Shown here: one piece after another, positions 1 to 9,266 of the stretch
Layout of the letters: each line of letters opens with the position of its first letter
Numbering within the stretch: position 1 is the first letter of the stretch
From: a virus
Taxonomy: Duplodnaviria; Caudoviricetes
Length of the DNA stretch: 55,329 nucleotides
IMG/VR virus record: IMGVR_UViG_3300021091_000091
Coordinates: 1 to 55,329 of that record
Direction: 5' to 3' (one strand)
The notes under the pieces: model-generated
The model's database searches: none
What the model was told of the DNA's origin: nothing
The model's input: the letters and a program-made list of their open reading frames with translations, nothing else
Program-made: the position numbers and the translations under genes

Positions 1-89
1 TCCAAAGCGATTTTAGCATTAGCAATAGCAGTTTCACGAACAGCTTTAGCATCAGCAATTGCTTCTTTTAACAATTTTGAACTTGCCAT
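1..89 (-). CDS. N-terminal fragment of probable prohead core/scaffolding protein (runs off left edge)
   Basis: ATG at 89-87 gives MASSKLLKEAIADAKAVRETAIANAKIAL..., which is helical and has an LKE site. It lies downstream of the prohead protease, where T4-like phages place the scaffold and major capsid genes. Confidence 0.6.
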   Translation of the reverse strand, partial: MASSKLLKEAIADAKAVRETAIANAKIAL

Positions 90-233
90 TTTTTTCCTTA
101 TTTGTAGGATTTGTTAAGCTATTAAAAAAATTTCAGCTTAAATAGAATTATTTGATTGGCTTTTTGGTCACTACACAAAAGTGAGTATTCATTTACCAAT
201 AAAAAACACATATAGAAATGTGTTATTGTATGA

Positions 234-241
234 ATAAATAT
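234..241 (-). promoter_or_regulatory. Putative phage late promoter motif ATATTTAT
   Basis: Same motif as found upstream of many minus-strand genes; about 145 nt upstream of the scaffold ATG. Confidence 0.55.
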
Positions 242-286
242 ATTAAAATTAATAAAAACGTAATTTTCTAAAGATTTTTTTAGAAA

Positions 287-1312
287 TTATCCTTTGCGTT
301 TGATAGATGATAGTTGGTCTAAATCGTAATCAGCGTACATAGAACTAACTTTATTATCAAGTTCTATTTCTAATTTTTGCTTTTGTACATTTAACTTTTT
401 AAGGTTTTCAACATTTTGTTTTGCCTTATCAGTTCCTTTATTTAATTTATATTTTTCTAATTCAGATTGAATTGCCATCAATACTTTAGCTATATCATTT
501 TGAATACCAGCAACACCTCTAGCTTCATTTACTACTCCTTCGGGTACACAATTTGGAACTTGCTTACCACCTTTGTTTTTCATTCCAACTTGCTTATATC
601 CTTTCCAACAAGGACCTGCTTCACTAACTACTTCTTCTCTGTGTGGTGCTTTAATTCCGTAATCTTTCTTTATATCAGATAGTCTTTGTAGTATTCCTTT
701 TAGAGTAGTTTGAAACTTCATTTTTTGTTCTGGATTTTTTGTAGATGAAATTTTATCTCTAAGTTTTTTTACTCTATCGTTATATCTTTGTATTTTTTCA
801 CCTGTTGTTTTTGCAGGTTCTTCATTTATTTTTTTTATTTTTTTATACCAATTCATAGTTGATAAAGTAGCATCTATATTAGCTTTAAGGTTTTCTTTTT
901 CTTTAGGATTTTTAGATTTTGTTAGCATGTTTTGCAAACTCTTAATACTTCTTTGCAAATCTTTCATTAATTGTGCATCCATATCCTCATTAATACCTTC
1001 GTTTGAATCACCATATTCATGATAATTTCCAGATGCTTGAGAAATATAGTTTTCTGCTTTAGAAATATGGTCTTGAATCCAAGCTGGGATTTGTTTTTCA
1101 TCCTTACCCATTTTAGCTTTTAATTCAGTTGCCATTTTAATAATAGTATCTAACTGATTTTGTCCCATAGAAACTTCGTGGTCTTCACCTTCAGCTTCAT
1201 TTACAGGTTTAAATGCACTTGCGTATGGATTAGAATATACTTTACCATATTCAAATTTCTTACCACCCATAGTAAAAGAACCCTTTCCAGCTAAATCAGT
1301 TAAACGAATCAT
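287..1312 (-). CDS. Putative internal head polyprotein (short modules separated by (V/I)xE sites)
   Basis: MIRLTDL leader. Modules begin after PVNE, GINE, KINE, VVSE and VVNE, e.g. AGPCWKGYKQVGMKNKGGKQVPNCVP and DHEVSMGQNQL...PAWIQDHISKA. Lies in the head operon. Confidence 0.55.
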   Translation of the reverse strand: MIRLTDLAGKGSFTMGGKKFEYGKVYSNPYASAFKPVNEAEGEDHEVSMGQNQLDTIIKMATELKAKMGKDEKQIPAWIQDHISKAENYISQASGNYHEYGDSNEGINEDMDAQLMKDLQRSIKSLQNMLTKSKNPKEKENLKANIDATLSTMNWYKKIKKINEEPAKTTGEKIQRYNDRVKKLRDKISSTKNPEQKMKFQTTLKGILQRLSDIKKDYGIKAPHREEVVSEAGPCWKGYKQVGMKNKGGKQVPNCVPEGVVNEARGVAGIQNDIAKVLMAIQSELEKYKLNKGTDKAKQNVENLKKLNVQKQKLEIELDNKVSSMYADYDLDQLSSIKRKG

Positions 1313-1315
1313 ATC

Positions 1316-1873
1316 TTATTTCTTTTTCATTGCAAGTCTTTCTCTCATTACATCGGTTGGGATATCAGAGATTTCATAGTAACGATTTAAGATGTGACCC
1401 ATATCTTCATATAAAGCGTGTAATCTTTCATCCATTGCTTTTGCTTCTACTGAGAACTTATCAAATTGTTGCCCCAATTTTTGCAATTCCAACATATTTC
1501 TTTTTACAGTTTGAGCATCAAACCAATCGTTAGCCTCTCTCAATGATAATTCTTTTGCAGCCTCAACGATTGCACCCAATGTTTCCGCAACTTCAGTCAT
1601 ATCTGAATTGCGCTTCATTTGGTCTTGGAAAGTATTATAAGTTGAAATGATTTCTAAGAAATGCTTTTTAACTTCTAAAGAAAGTTTTCTATCAGGTTGT
1701 TCTAAGTTCTCTTTAATAGAAAACTTACCGTCTTTAATCTTTATTTCATTAATTGCAGTCTTACGAATATCATTATATCCCTTAGCTACTTTAGTTACAT
1801 ACTTTGGTTCTTCAACTTTTAGTTTAAATCTATTGTTGTGAACGTATGTGTATAAATCAAAATTCTTATTCAT
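1316..1873 (-). CDS. Hypothetical head-module protein, helical
   Basis: 185-aa ORF tightly coupled downstream of the prohead protease; contains AINE, IKE and LRE sites. Confidence 0.5.
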   Translation of the reverse strand: MNKNFDLYTYVHNNRFKLKVEEPKYVTKVAKGYNDIRKTAINEIKIKDGKFSIKENLEQPDRKLSLEVKKHFLEIISTYNTFQDQMKRNSDMTEVAETLGAIVEAAKELSLREANDWFDAQTVKRNMLELQKLGQQFDKFSVEAKAMDERLHALYEDMGHILNRYYEISDIPTDVMRERLAMKKK

Positions 1874-1874
1874 A

Positions 1875-2471
1875 TTACGCTATTTCAGTTATAATTTCTC
1901 TCATTAAATCCTGTGCCTTGCAGTATTCACCACATACATCAGTACCAATTTGTTTTAGTGGATTTACGGATTCATTCATTGGGACCATAAATGCACCATG
2001 TGTAGATGGATTTGAAACAAAATCCCAACCAATTAATTCAAAATCTTCTTGTACTTCAACTCTATTTCCGTTAAGTGGTTTTGTAGAACCCATACCTCTT
2101 GATGAAATACCTAATAAGATACCTGCTTTTAATAATTCTTTAAGAATATTACCAGAAGGAGTTCCTAAAATTTCTACAGTACCACATAGGTCATCACCAT
2201 CCCACCAAATTTCTTTTATATTATGAGATACATTTTTGAGGTTGATAACTGTAGAATCGGGATGGTCTAATTCACCCAATGCTCTACGCTCCTTTATAAA
2301 AGTTGAATGATATTTCTTAGCTTCTCTTTCTAAAATTGGTTTTGGATATACCCTTCCATTTTGGTTTTCCGCACCAGCTCTTTGTAGAACACCTTTGACA
2401 ATCGTTCTACCAACTTCATCTTCTTTTACCTTACCTTCAAATAAGTGTGTTTCTATTAAAAGAGACTTCAT
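1875..2471 (-). CDS. Prohead core protease, T4 gp21-like (peptidase U9/S77-type)
   Basis: Motifs NQNGRVYP, ALGELDHP, VSHNI, GISSRGMGS and WDFVSNPSTHGA are characteristic of gp21-like proteases. Confidence 0.93.
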   Translation of the reverse strand: MKSLLIETHLFEGKVKEDEVGRTIVKGVLQRAGAENQNGRVYPKPILEREAKKYHSTFIKERRALGELDHPDSTVINLKNVSHNIKEIWWDGDDLCGTVEILGTPSGNILKELLKAGILLGISSRGMGSTKPLNGNRVEVQEDFELIGWDFVSNPSTHGAFMVPMNESVNPLKQIGTDVCGEYCKAQDLMREIITEIA

Positions 2472-2472
2472 A

Positions 2473-3147
2473 TTATTTTTTAATTTTATTTAACGATTCC
2501 ATTTTGCTTCTAATCTTAGAAACCATAGTACCTAATTGAGATTTATCTACACCAATAGCATCAACGACTTTTGCAACTAATTGAAGTTTTTGTATATTAT
2601 TTAATTTAGCATCTTTAATTTTATCAATAGCAATTCCCAATCTTTGTTTAACTACAGATGGAATAGTTGCTTTTGGTAATTCTGCAGAAATATCTTCTTT
2701 TACTTTGTAAGTTTCCCCATCCACTTCAAATTCATCTTCACCTTTTTCTTTAGCATCAGATACAGCTGCGCCAAATGCATTACCTTCGGATTTTTCTCCT
2801 CTACTATTCCAAGAAGATTCTATTTTATTAAAGAATGATTTTTTTTCTTCATCACTCATTTGAGATATTGATTTTCCAGATTTTTCTAAAGCCTTTTTGA
2901 AAAATTGTTGATATTCTTCTTCCTCAATCATTACTTCTTTTACTAATTCTTTAAGTCTATCTTTTGTTATAGTTTCTTTTTTCATTGGTAATCCTTTATG
3001 TTTTGTAGATGCAAAATCTTTAGCATCTTTTTTTGTCATTGAATCTGCTGCTTTTTGTACTTCAGCAGATGGTGCATCAATATCACCTTTTTGAGTGGCA
3101 TGTACCATACCCATAAATCTTTGTTGTGCTTTAGATACTGCTGGCAT
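2473..3147 (-). CDS. Putative internal head polyprotein; N-terminal DUF3008-like module
   Basis: MPAVSKAQQRFMGMVHATQKG...KDFASTKHKGLP module, then ITKDRLKELVKEVMIEE linker and further modules after EKSE and KVKE. Confidence 0.5.
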   Translation of the reverse strand: MPAVSKAQQRFMGMVHATQKGDIDAPSAEVQKAADSMTKKDAKDFASTKHKGLPMKKETITKDRLKELVKEVMIEEEEYQQFFKKALEKSGKSISQMSDEEKKSFFNKIESSWNSRGEKSEGNAFGAAVSDAKEKGEDEFEVDGETYKVKEDISAELPKATIPSVVKQRLGIAIDKIKDAKLNNIQKLQLVAKVVDAIGVDKSQLGTMVSKIRSKMESLNKIKK

Positions 3148-3148
3148 A

Positions 3149-3703
3149 TTACAATTTTCTCATTTTTTCCGTAATTCCCATTAACCTTTCTCTGATTTTG
3201 TATAGGGCTGCATTTGTTCTTTTCCAGTAATCTTCTTTTTTAAGTCCGTTTTCAGTCTTAATTTTAGAGTACCAATTTACAAACTTCTCTATTTCAGAAA
3301 GTTGTTTATGTATATTAGAAACACCCCTACCAACTTTTGCTTTTGGTGAGGACATTTCTCTTTTTAATTCTAACCAACGATTTTCAGCTACAATCATTCC
3401 ACTAATATCCGCTACTTTTTCATTATCAATTTTTTTAGCTGCGGTTGGTTTTAGAGGAAGTCCTTCTTTTCTACTAGCAGGTACATCACCTAATGCATAA
3501 TCTTTTTCACCTTCTTTAACAATCGTACCACCTGTAACACTAGCCAATCTTTTATTTTTCTTTTTCTCAGAGCCAGGCTTTGTAAATGCAGCAGGTGTAT
3601 CGTAACCTGCAATATCTCCTGTTACTGTCATTTCTTCCAAAGTTTTTTGGATATATTTTTCTCTGATATACTTACGAATGGCCTCTTTTAATCTAGCTTC
3701 CAT
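3149..3703 (-). CDS. Hypothetical head-associated protein
   Basis: 184 aa; RLKE, TLEE, IVKE and IVAE junctions; lies between portal and protease. Confidence 0.5.
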   Translation of the reverse strand: MEARLKEAIRKYIREKYIQKTLEEMTVTGDIAGYDTPAAFTKPGSEKKKNKRLASVTGGTIVKEGEKDYALGDVPASRKEGLPLKPTAAKKIDNEKVADISGMIVAENRWLELKREMSSPKAKVGRGVSNIHKQLSEIEKFVNWYSKIKTENGLKKEDYWKRTNAALYKIRERLMGITEKMRKL

Positions 3704-4572
3704 TATTTTATTTTGGATTTTAGTTCTTTAATAAGCTCATAAGAAAGCATTATTGATGAAACTTGAGAATCAGATACAGTTTTTCCAATTTTCATTTTAT
3801 CTAAAATGGATATGGTTTCTGAAAGTTTGATTTGTGTAACTTTATCTTCTAATTTTACTTTAATACCCTCTAATTCAGAAATTATATTTGGTAATTCTTT
3901 TCCAACATAATCTGTAAATTTAGTGGTATTAGTAATATTATTGATATATTCTTTCAACAAATTTTTTTGTGAATTGTCTAAATTAGTGTATTTTTTGTTG
4001 AAAGTTTCTACTAGAATCTTATATGTAAGTAATCTAAGGTCTTTATCTTGTTGTTTATAGGATTCAATCAATTTTTTATCTTCGGTTGGTTGAGTTTGTT
4101 GAGCTGGTTTAGAAGTGATGTTTTCAATTAGGGTAATTTTAGAATTAAAGATATCTTTGATATCATATCCTTCTGCTCTTTTAGATTCGAATACTTTATA
4201 TATAGATGCTAATACTTTATAGTTAGAAATAGGGGAACTAAGGAATTGTTCAATTTCAAATTTTGCTGAAATTTCTTTAATAAGATTATATTTTTCTTTT
4301 GAAAGATTGGATATATTAAGTTTACTATGTGCATCACACACAGTTTCTACTAATTTATCAGCTTTTGTTTCTGAATTATATTTTTCTTTAAGAAGTATAT
4401 CATATAGACGTAATTCTTTGTTCAACTCCGTATTAGGAGCAAAGAATTCAGCCACTATTTTCTTTGCGTTTTCAGACTTATCTCCATTAAGAATTTCAAG
4501 CGTTATCTGCCTTACTAAAAGCTCAAATAACACTCCAGTATTCTTAAACTTTGAGTGTTTAATTTTTTTCAT
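3703..4572 (-). CDS. Hypothetical helical protein downstream of portal (possible prohead core component)
   Basis: 289-aa ORF (MKKIKHSKFKNTGVLFELLVRQIT) with its own promoter motif; position between portal and protease. Confidence 0.5.
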   Translation of the reverse strand: MKKIKHSKFKNTGVLFELLVRQITLEILNGDKSENAKKIVAEFFAPNTELNKELRLYDILLKEKYNSETKADKLVETVCDAHSKLNISNLSKEKYNLIKEISAKFEIEQFLSSPISNYKVLASIYKVFESKRAEGYDIKDIFNSKITLIENITSKPAQQTQPTEDKKLIESYKQQDKDLRLLTYKILVETFNKKYTNLDNSQKNLLKEYINNITNTTKFTDYVGKELPNIISELEGIKVKLEDKVTQIKLSETISILDKMKIGKTVSDSQVSSIMLSYELIKELKSKIK

Positions 4573-4613
4573 TTACTTACCCTATATTTATTCTACCCTA
4601 TAAATTAACACAT

Positions 4614-4621
4614 ATAAATAT
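4614..4621 (-). promoter_or_regulatory. Putative phage late promoter motif ATATTTAT
   Basis: Intergenic, about 40 nt upstream of the ATG at 4572. Confidence 0.6.
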
Positions 4622-4638
4622 AAACAAATTTTTCTTTA

Positions 4639-6414
4639 TTAAATTTTAGTTTCATCTAATAGGTTTTTTTCATCAAGCATACCTGATTTTTCGTTCAAAA
4701 ACTTCTTTTTTGATGAAATTCCATTTATATATTCACGTGCTAGTTTTTTAGCGTTTGTATTTAATCCTCTATCTTCTCTTTTTCTTTCTTTATGATAATC
4801 ATCATATCCCAATGGGTCTCTACCATATGGATGTTTATCTTTACCATAGGTATTTCCCTCTTTAGGTCTACCAACTCCTCTATTAAGTTCTATTTCAGTT
4901 TTTAATTTACTTATTTCTTCCTCAACATTTTGCTGTTGTGGTGGATTTGCTGGGTCCTGTCCTTGTTGTTCGATTGATGTCTGTCTAAAGCGGTCTTTAA
5001 GGTCTAATATCACTTTAGCTCTTTCAATATCAATTTCATCTTGTGATAATGAAAATACATTATTATAAGTCCAATCAGATGATAACATATTTAATGCTTT
5101 AACATCACTTGCCAATCTAACTTTTTCAGTCCACAAATTAACCTTTTCTTGCTCATATATTGTAGAAGCATTTGTTAAATTTAATTCAAAATTCGTCATT
5201 TCAGAATCTTCAATACCATTTGCTGCCAAATGAACAACTGCCATTTTAGCTAATTCACTTACAACTGTTCGTTGAATTCTTTCAATAGTTCTTGCAAAAC
5301 GTACATCTTCTGCAGCTAATGTTGCTTTACCATTTACATTTTCATCATAAGATAAGTAAGCTTTTGGTACTCTTAAAGCTGCAAATAATTTGTTTTTAAG
5401 ATAATCAATATCTTCGATTGCTGCATAATCTAATCCTTGCAAATTATCAATAGTTGTACCACTATCACTACCACGTACAGGAAGGAAGAAATCTTCAGTA
5501 AGATTTTGTATATTGTATTTTAAATTATAATCTCCTGTATTTTTATCAACAAATGGGGTTTTCTTCATTTTATTGATAATCTTCTGCATATAGTTATCCA
5601 CTTCTTGCGGTGGAATATTACCTATATCTATTTTAAATACTCTTTTTTCAGGTGCTCTCATAATACGATGGATTAACATCGCATCCTCCATAAGAGATAG
5701 TTGTTTCCAAATTCTTCTTGCTCCTTCAACCATTGATTTACCATATGGAAGAAAATTAGTATCTGATAACATACGAAAATGGGCCATCTCATATTGCTCA
5801 TATTCTTTTTTACCAAATCTGTCCAACTCTACCCTATATTTAACGTAATCAGGATTATTAGGGTCAGTACCCTCTAATCTCTCTACATTATAAGTTGAGT
5901 GAGGTGCTACATTAATAATACCTTTACCAGGAAGAATTTCTAATGCTACAAATGCATCACCATATTTTACCAAATTTCTAATCCAAGGCCACAAATTAAA
6001 TTCTATGTTCATAATATCATAGAATAAATTATGAAGCATTTCTCTTACATTCTCATTTGTGGATTTAATCTGAAGTACATCACCATATTCGTTTTTAGTT
6101 GTACTTTCATCTGCATATATATCAAGTGCTGAACCTATAATTGGGTCCATATCCATAGCATCATAATCTCTAAAAAGTTCTCTACGAACTTGATGGTATG
6201 CCATTGATTGTGCACCCTGATGGGTTTCGAAGTATGAACGTTGTAACTTTGTGTACCTATCTCTTAGGTTTACAAAATTTGTATTTGATTGTCTATCTTC
6301 AACATCTATAACTCTACGTTTACCATCTTTATCAACAGTTACTATTGCATTCGTTGAAAATAATTTTTTAAGTCTCCCAAAGAAACTTCTATCGTCTTGG
6401 AATTGTTCTGCCAT
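4639..6414 (-). CDS. Portal (vertex) protein, T4 gp20-like
   Basis: EDAMLIHRIMRAPEKRVFKIDIGNIP, EDFFLPVRG, EDIDYLKNKLFAALRVPK and EDVRFARTIERIQ match the gp20 family signature. Confidence 0.95.
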   Translation of the reverse strand: MAEQFQDDRSFFGRLKKLFSTNAIVTVDKDGKRRVIDVEDRQSNTNFVNLRDRYTKLQRSYFETHQGAQSMAYHQVRRELFRDYDAMDMDPIIGSALDIYADESTTKNEYGDVLQIKSTNENVREMLHNLFYDIMNIEFNLWPWIRNLVKYGDAFVALEILPGKGIINVAPHSTYNVERLEGTDPNNPDYVKYRVELDRFGKKEYEQYEMAHFRMLSDTNFLPYGKSMVEGARRIWKQLSLMEDAMLIHRIMRAPEKRVFKIDIGNIPPQEVDNYMQKIINKMKKTPFVDKNTGDYNLKYNIQNLTEDFFLPVRGSDSGTTIDNLQGLDYAAIEDIDYLKNKLFAALRVPKAYLSYDENVNGKATLAAEDVRFARTIERIQRTVVSELAKMAVVHLAANGIEDSEMTNFELNLTNASTIYEQEKVNLWTEKVRLASDVKALNMLSSDWTYNNVFSLSQDEIDIERAKVILDLKDRFRQTSIEQQGQDPANPPQQQNVEEEISKLKTEIELNRGVGRPKEGNTYGKDKHPYGRDPLGYDDYHKERKREDRGLNTNAKKLAREYINGISSKKKFLNEKSGMLDEKNLLDETKI

Positions 6415-6422
6415 AATTTATT

Positions 6423-6860
6423 TTACCATTTTCTACAAGACCAATATCTTGCTTTTGTTCTCGGACCAGGATTATCACAATTGTGTCTAGCTCTAAAGTT
6501 TGCTCTCCTGCCAGGGTTATTCTTTTTGATTTTCATACCCTTCTGACCGAAGTTTACTTTAATAACTTTACCAGTCTTAGGGTTTTTTACATATACCTTA
6601 AATTTCTTTACATCACCGGCTGTTGGTTTACCCAATTTTACCTCTCTACCTTGATACTCTGCTTCGTAAACACAACCACAATTAGCCTCATCTAATGAAG
6701 TTTGATAAGATTTAAGATATGCAATAAAATCATCCATATCTTCTTGCTCAACATCTAATTCATCATAATCATCTAATGGGTTATCTGCCGGTGTATCTCC
6801 TTTTGAGTATGCTTTATCAATATACTCATCTTCTTTTAGAATATTTGTTAGTTTAATCAT
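6423..6860 (-). CDS. Putative internal head protein with leader; basic C-terminal Cys/Trp module
   Basis: MIKLTNILKE leader, then an acidic spacer, then VYE|AEYQGREVKLGKP...RRANFRARHNCD...ARYWSCRKW. Confidence 0.55.
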   Translation of the reverse strand: MIKLTNILKEDEYIDKAYSKGDTPADNPLDDYDELDVEQEDMDDFIAYLKSYQTSLDEANCGCVYEAEYQGREVKLGKPTAGDVKKFKVYVKNPKTGKVIKVNFGQKGMKIKKNNPGRRANFRARHNCDNPGPRTKARYWSCRKW

Positions 6861-6889
6861 TTTGGTTTCCTTTTATTTTGACATATATC

Positions 6890-6897
6890 ATAAATAT
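6890..6897 (-). promoter_or_regulatory. Putative phage late promoter motif ATATTTAT
   Basis: 30 nt upstream of the ATG at 6860. Confidence 0.6.
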
Positions 6898-6921
6898 CAG
6901 TATTTATCAAAACCCTACATT

Positions 6922-8523
6922 TTATAACCATTGCGATAGGTCTTCAATATCATTTCCAATTTTCATTTTCCAAGGATTATCATCTCTATTAGTAGGACCA
7001 TAAACTCCTTGATATTGAGTATTTGCAGAAATATTACCTAAAGCCGTTTTTGTAAGGTCAATACCTTCTTGTCTTAGACGAAGTGCAGTATCCCTAACCC
7101 ATAATCCAATACTAAATGCCATTGTCAAATCATCATTATAACTTTTCAAAGCTTCTGCTCTACCATTATGAAATATAAATGTAAACAATTCATCTATCAA
7201 CCGATTAGAACGAATTGTAACCGCTTTTTCTTTAAAATATTCATCTAATTTTGATATAATAAGTGGTCTTGTCTTAATCGTTGTAGAAAATCCAGCAACC
7301 ATCTGTCTTTCATCCGTACGGTATTTATTTTTCATTTGGTGCTCAACATCTACATATTTTAAATCTTTACTCATATAGAATAAGTTTTTATATTGCCTAT
7401 CTATACATTGCTGAATACATGCCCATCCAATATTTGAGTTTTCAACAACTAATAAAGCATCGTTATATTCAGTAGAAAGATTTACCAAAAAATTTCCAAA
7501 ATCTTTTGTATCAATTTTACCTCTATACTCAGCTACCTGAATTGCATTTATAATATCCATAACATGGCATGCCGAATAGTCAGAACCATCACCTCTTGCT
7601 ACGTCTGCTACAACCATATAAGAACCATTTGCTGTTGGATATTCCCATCTCCACAAATTGCCATCGAATCCAGTTTTTTCTATGGGGTCTTGACAATATG
7701 TTTCTTTATAAAACATTAATATATCAGGATCAATTACAGTATCACCAGAAGATACAAAATCACAATCACACTCTTGGGCTGCTTTTTTTGGACCTAATAA
7801 TTTTTCTTGTTCATCTCTCCAATTTTTGTCTCTCTCAGGATGAACTGTCCAATGTAGTTTTATAGTATTAAATGGATTAATTCCATCCTCTGCACCTAAC
7901 CAAGTTTTATGAAACCAATTACCTACTCCATTTGGTGTTGATAATGCTATACAACTACCTCCCGTTGCAAGTGTAGATTGAGCGGATACCCAAATATCAT
8001 CTATTTCTTCAATAAATGCTGCTTCATCAAATATTAATAGTGATAGTGCTTCCGAACGTCCAGCATCTGCTGATGAAGCAATGGCTTTAATTTGTGAACC
8101 ATTAGATAATCGTAAAGAGAGTTTATTATCTTCCATTGAGCCACCTTTTAACCAAGATGGAAGAAGGTCATGCATAACTCTTACTTTTGTTACTAAGTTT
8201 TTAGCAACATCTTGTTTTGTTGCAATTACTAATATATTAAAATCAGAATTAAACAACATACTCCAAAGTGAAAATCCTGCACAAAGAGTGGAAATACCTG
8301 TTTGGCGTGATTTAAGTATTATATTAAAACGATTATTTTTAAATTCAGTAAGGGTTTTTTCCTGAAATGGGTAAAGATGAAAAGGTATTTTACCTCTGAC
8401 TGGGTGCTGAATCATGCAATACTTTTTGGAAAAATGTATAGGGTCTGCAGCACACTTTTTATATTCTTCAGCTATAATCTCTTTTAAAGATTTTTTTTGT
8501 GTTATTCCTAAATTCTGAGCCAT
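6922..8523 (-). CDS. terL: Terminase large subunit, T4 gp17-like
   Basis: LYPFQ adenine-binding motif, Walker A KSRQTGIST, Walker B LLIFDEAAF, coupling motif STPNG, nuclease ADVARGDGSDYS...NDDLTMA. Confidence 0.96.
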   Translation of the reverse strand: MAQNLGITQKKSLKEIIAEEYKKCAADPIHFSKKYCMIQHPVRGKIPFHLYPFQEKTLTEFKNNRFNIILKSRQTGISTLCAGFSLWSMLFNSDFNILVIATKQDVAKNLVTKVRVMHDLLPSWLKGGSMEDNKLSLRLSNGSQIKAIASSADAGRSEALSLLIFDEAAFIEEIDDIWVSAQSTLATGGSCIALSTPNGVGNWFHKTWLGAEDGINPFNTIKLHWTVHPERDKNWRDEQEKLLGPKKAAQECDCDFVSSGDTVIDPDILMFYKETYCQDPIEKTGFDGNLWRWEYPTANGSYMVVADVARGDGSDYSACHVMDIINAIQVAEYRGKIDTKDFGNFLVNLSTEYNDALLVVENSNIGWACIQQCIDRQYKNLFYMSKDLKYVDVEHQMKNKYRTDERQMVAGFSTTIKTRPLIISKLDEYFKEKAVTIRSNRLIDELFTFIFHNGRAEALKSYNDDLTMAFSIGLWVRDTALRLRQEGIDLTKTALGNISANTQYQGVYGPTNRDDNPWKMKIGNDIEDLSQWL

Positions 8524-9215
8524 TATTCGCTGGGTGGTTTTACTAAATCGTAATTTTTATCTTTTATTTTATCCCAAGCATCATTTCTCCATTTTATTGC
8601 TTGTTCTACTTCAGACTCATAAAATGTAATATCGGATAGTATTTCAGCTTTTAATTCGTCTACATCTTTTTCTAATACCCATTTTTCAAGTCTTCCATCT
8701 TCATGCACAAATTCGTATTCTTGCTTTGCATCTTTATAAGCCTGATGAAGTTGCTCTAAAATTTCTTTACCTCTTGAAATAATATTAGATAAAATTTTAT
8801 AATGTTCATATTCTTCCCACAAACCATCCAATCGTATCAAAGTTTCTTTTTTACCTAAACAAGTAGCACAATATCCGGTTTTAGATATAAGTTTTTTATC
8901 TGCTCTACTTAATTTAATAGTACTACAATTTGGAGATTGACAGGTATTTAATTTAGATAAGTAATCTCTTACTTCGGCCATTGTTTCGGTAAGTTCATTA
9001 ATTCTAACTTTTCCGTATTCAGTTTGTTCCCAAGTTTTTCCTTGCCCATCAGTCCAACGTTCACCTATATCTTTTTTTCTATTTGCTTCAGCTACTTTAT
9101 CTGAATTTGCCATAGATATTGAAATATCTTTTTCATATTCACTACCCTGCAATACCATATTTACCAACTTTCTACGAGTTGGATGCATATACTTTTTTTG
9201 GAATTCCTTTGACAT
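8523..9215 (-). CDS. Hypothetical protein with Cys4 zinc-binding motif and coiled coil
   Basis: CQSPNC...CATC; translationally coupled to terL. Confidence 0.55.
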   Translation of the reverse strand: MSKEFQKKYMHPTRRKLVNMVLQGSEYEKDISISMANSDKVAEANRKKDIGERWTDGQGKTWEQTEYGKVRINELTETMAEVRDYLSKLNTCQSPNCSTIKLSRADKKLISKTGYCATCLGKKETLIRLDGLWEEYEHYKILSNIISRGKEILEQLHQAYKDAKQEYEFVHEDGRLEKWVLEKDVDELKAEILSDITFYESEVEQAIKWRNDAWDKIKDKNYDLVKPPSE

Positions 9216-9239
9216 ATTAATAGAAATATATTTGTATAT

Positions 9240-9247
9240 ATAAGTAT
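9240..9247 (-). promoter_or_regulatory. Putative late promoter variant ATACTTAT(ATATA)
   Basis: 25 nt upstream of the ATG at 9215; one mismatch to consensus. Confidence 0.5.
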
Positions 9248-9266
9248 ATCAAAATTAAATAAATCA

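Noticed and set aside
4613-4620. Canonical T4 late promoter TATAAATA driving plus-strand transcription
   Set aside because: There are no plus-strand genes downstream; the position consistently fits the minus-strand genes, so it is reported as a reversed motif instead.
8523-9215. Terminase small subunit, by position upstream of terL
   Set aside because: No recognisable gp16-like motif; position alone is insufficient.
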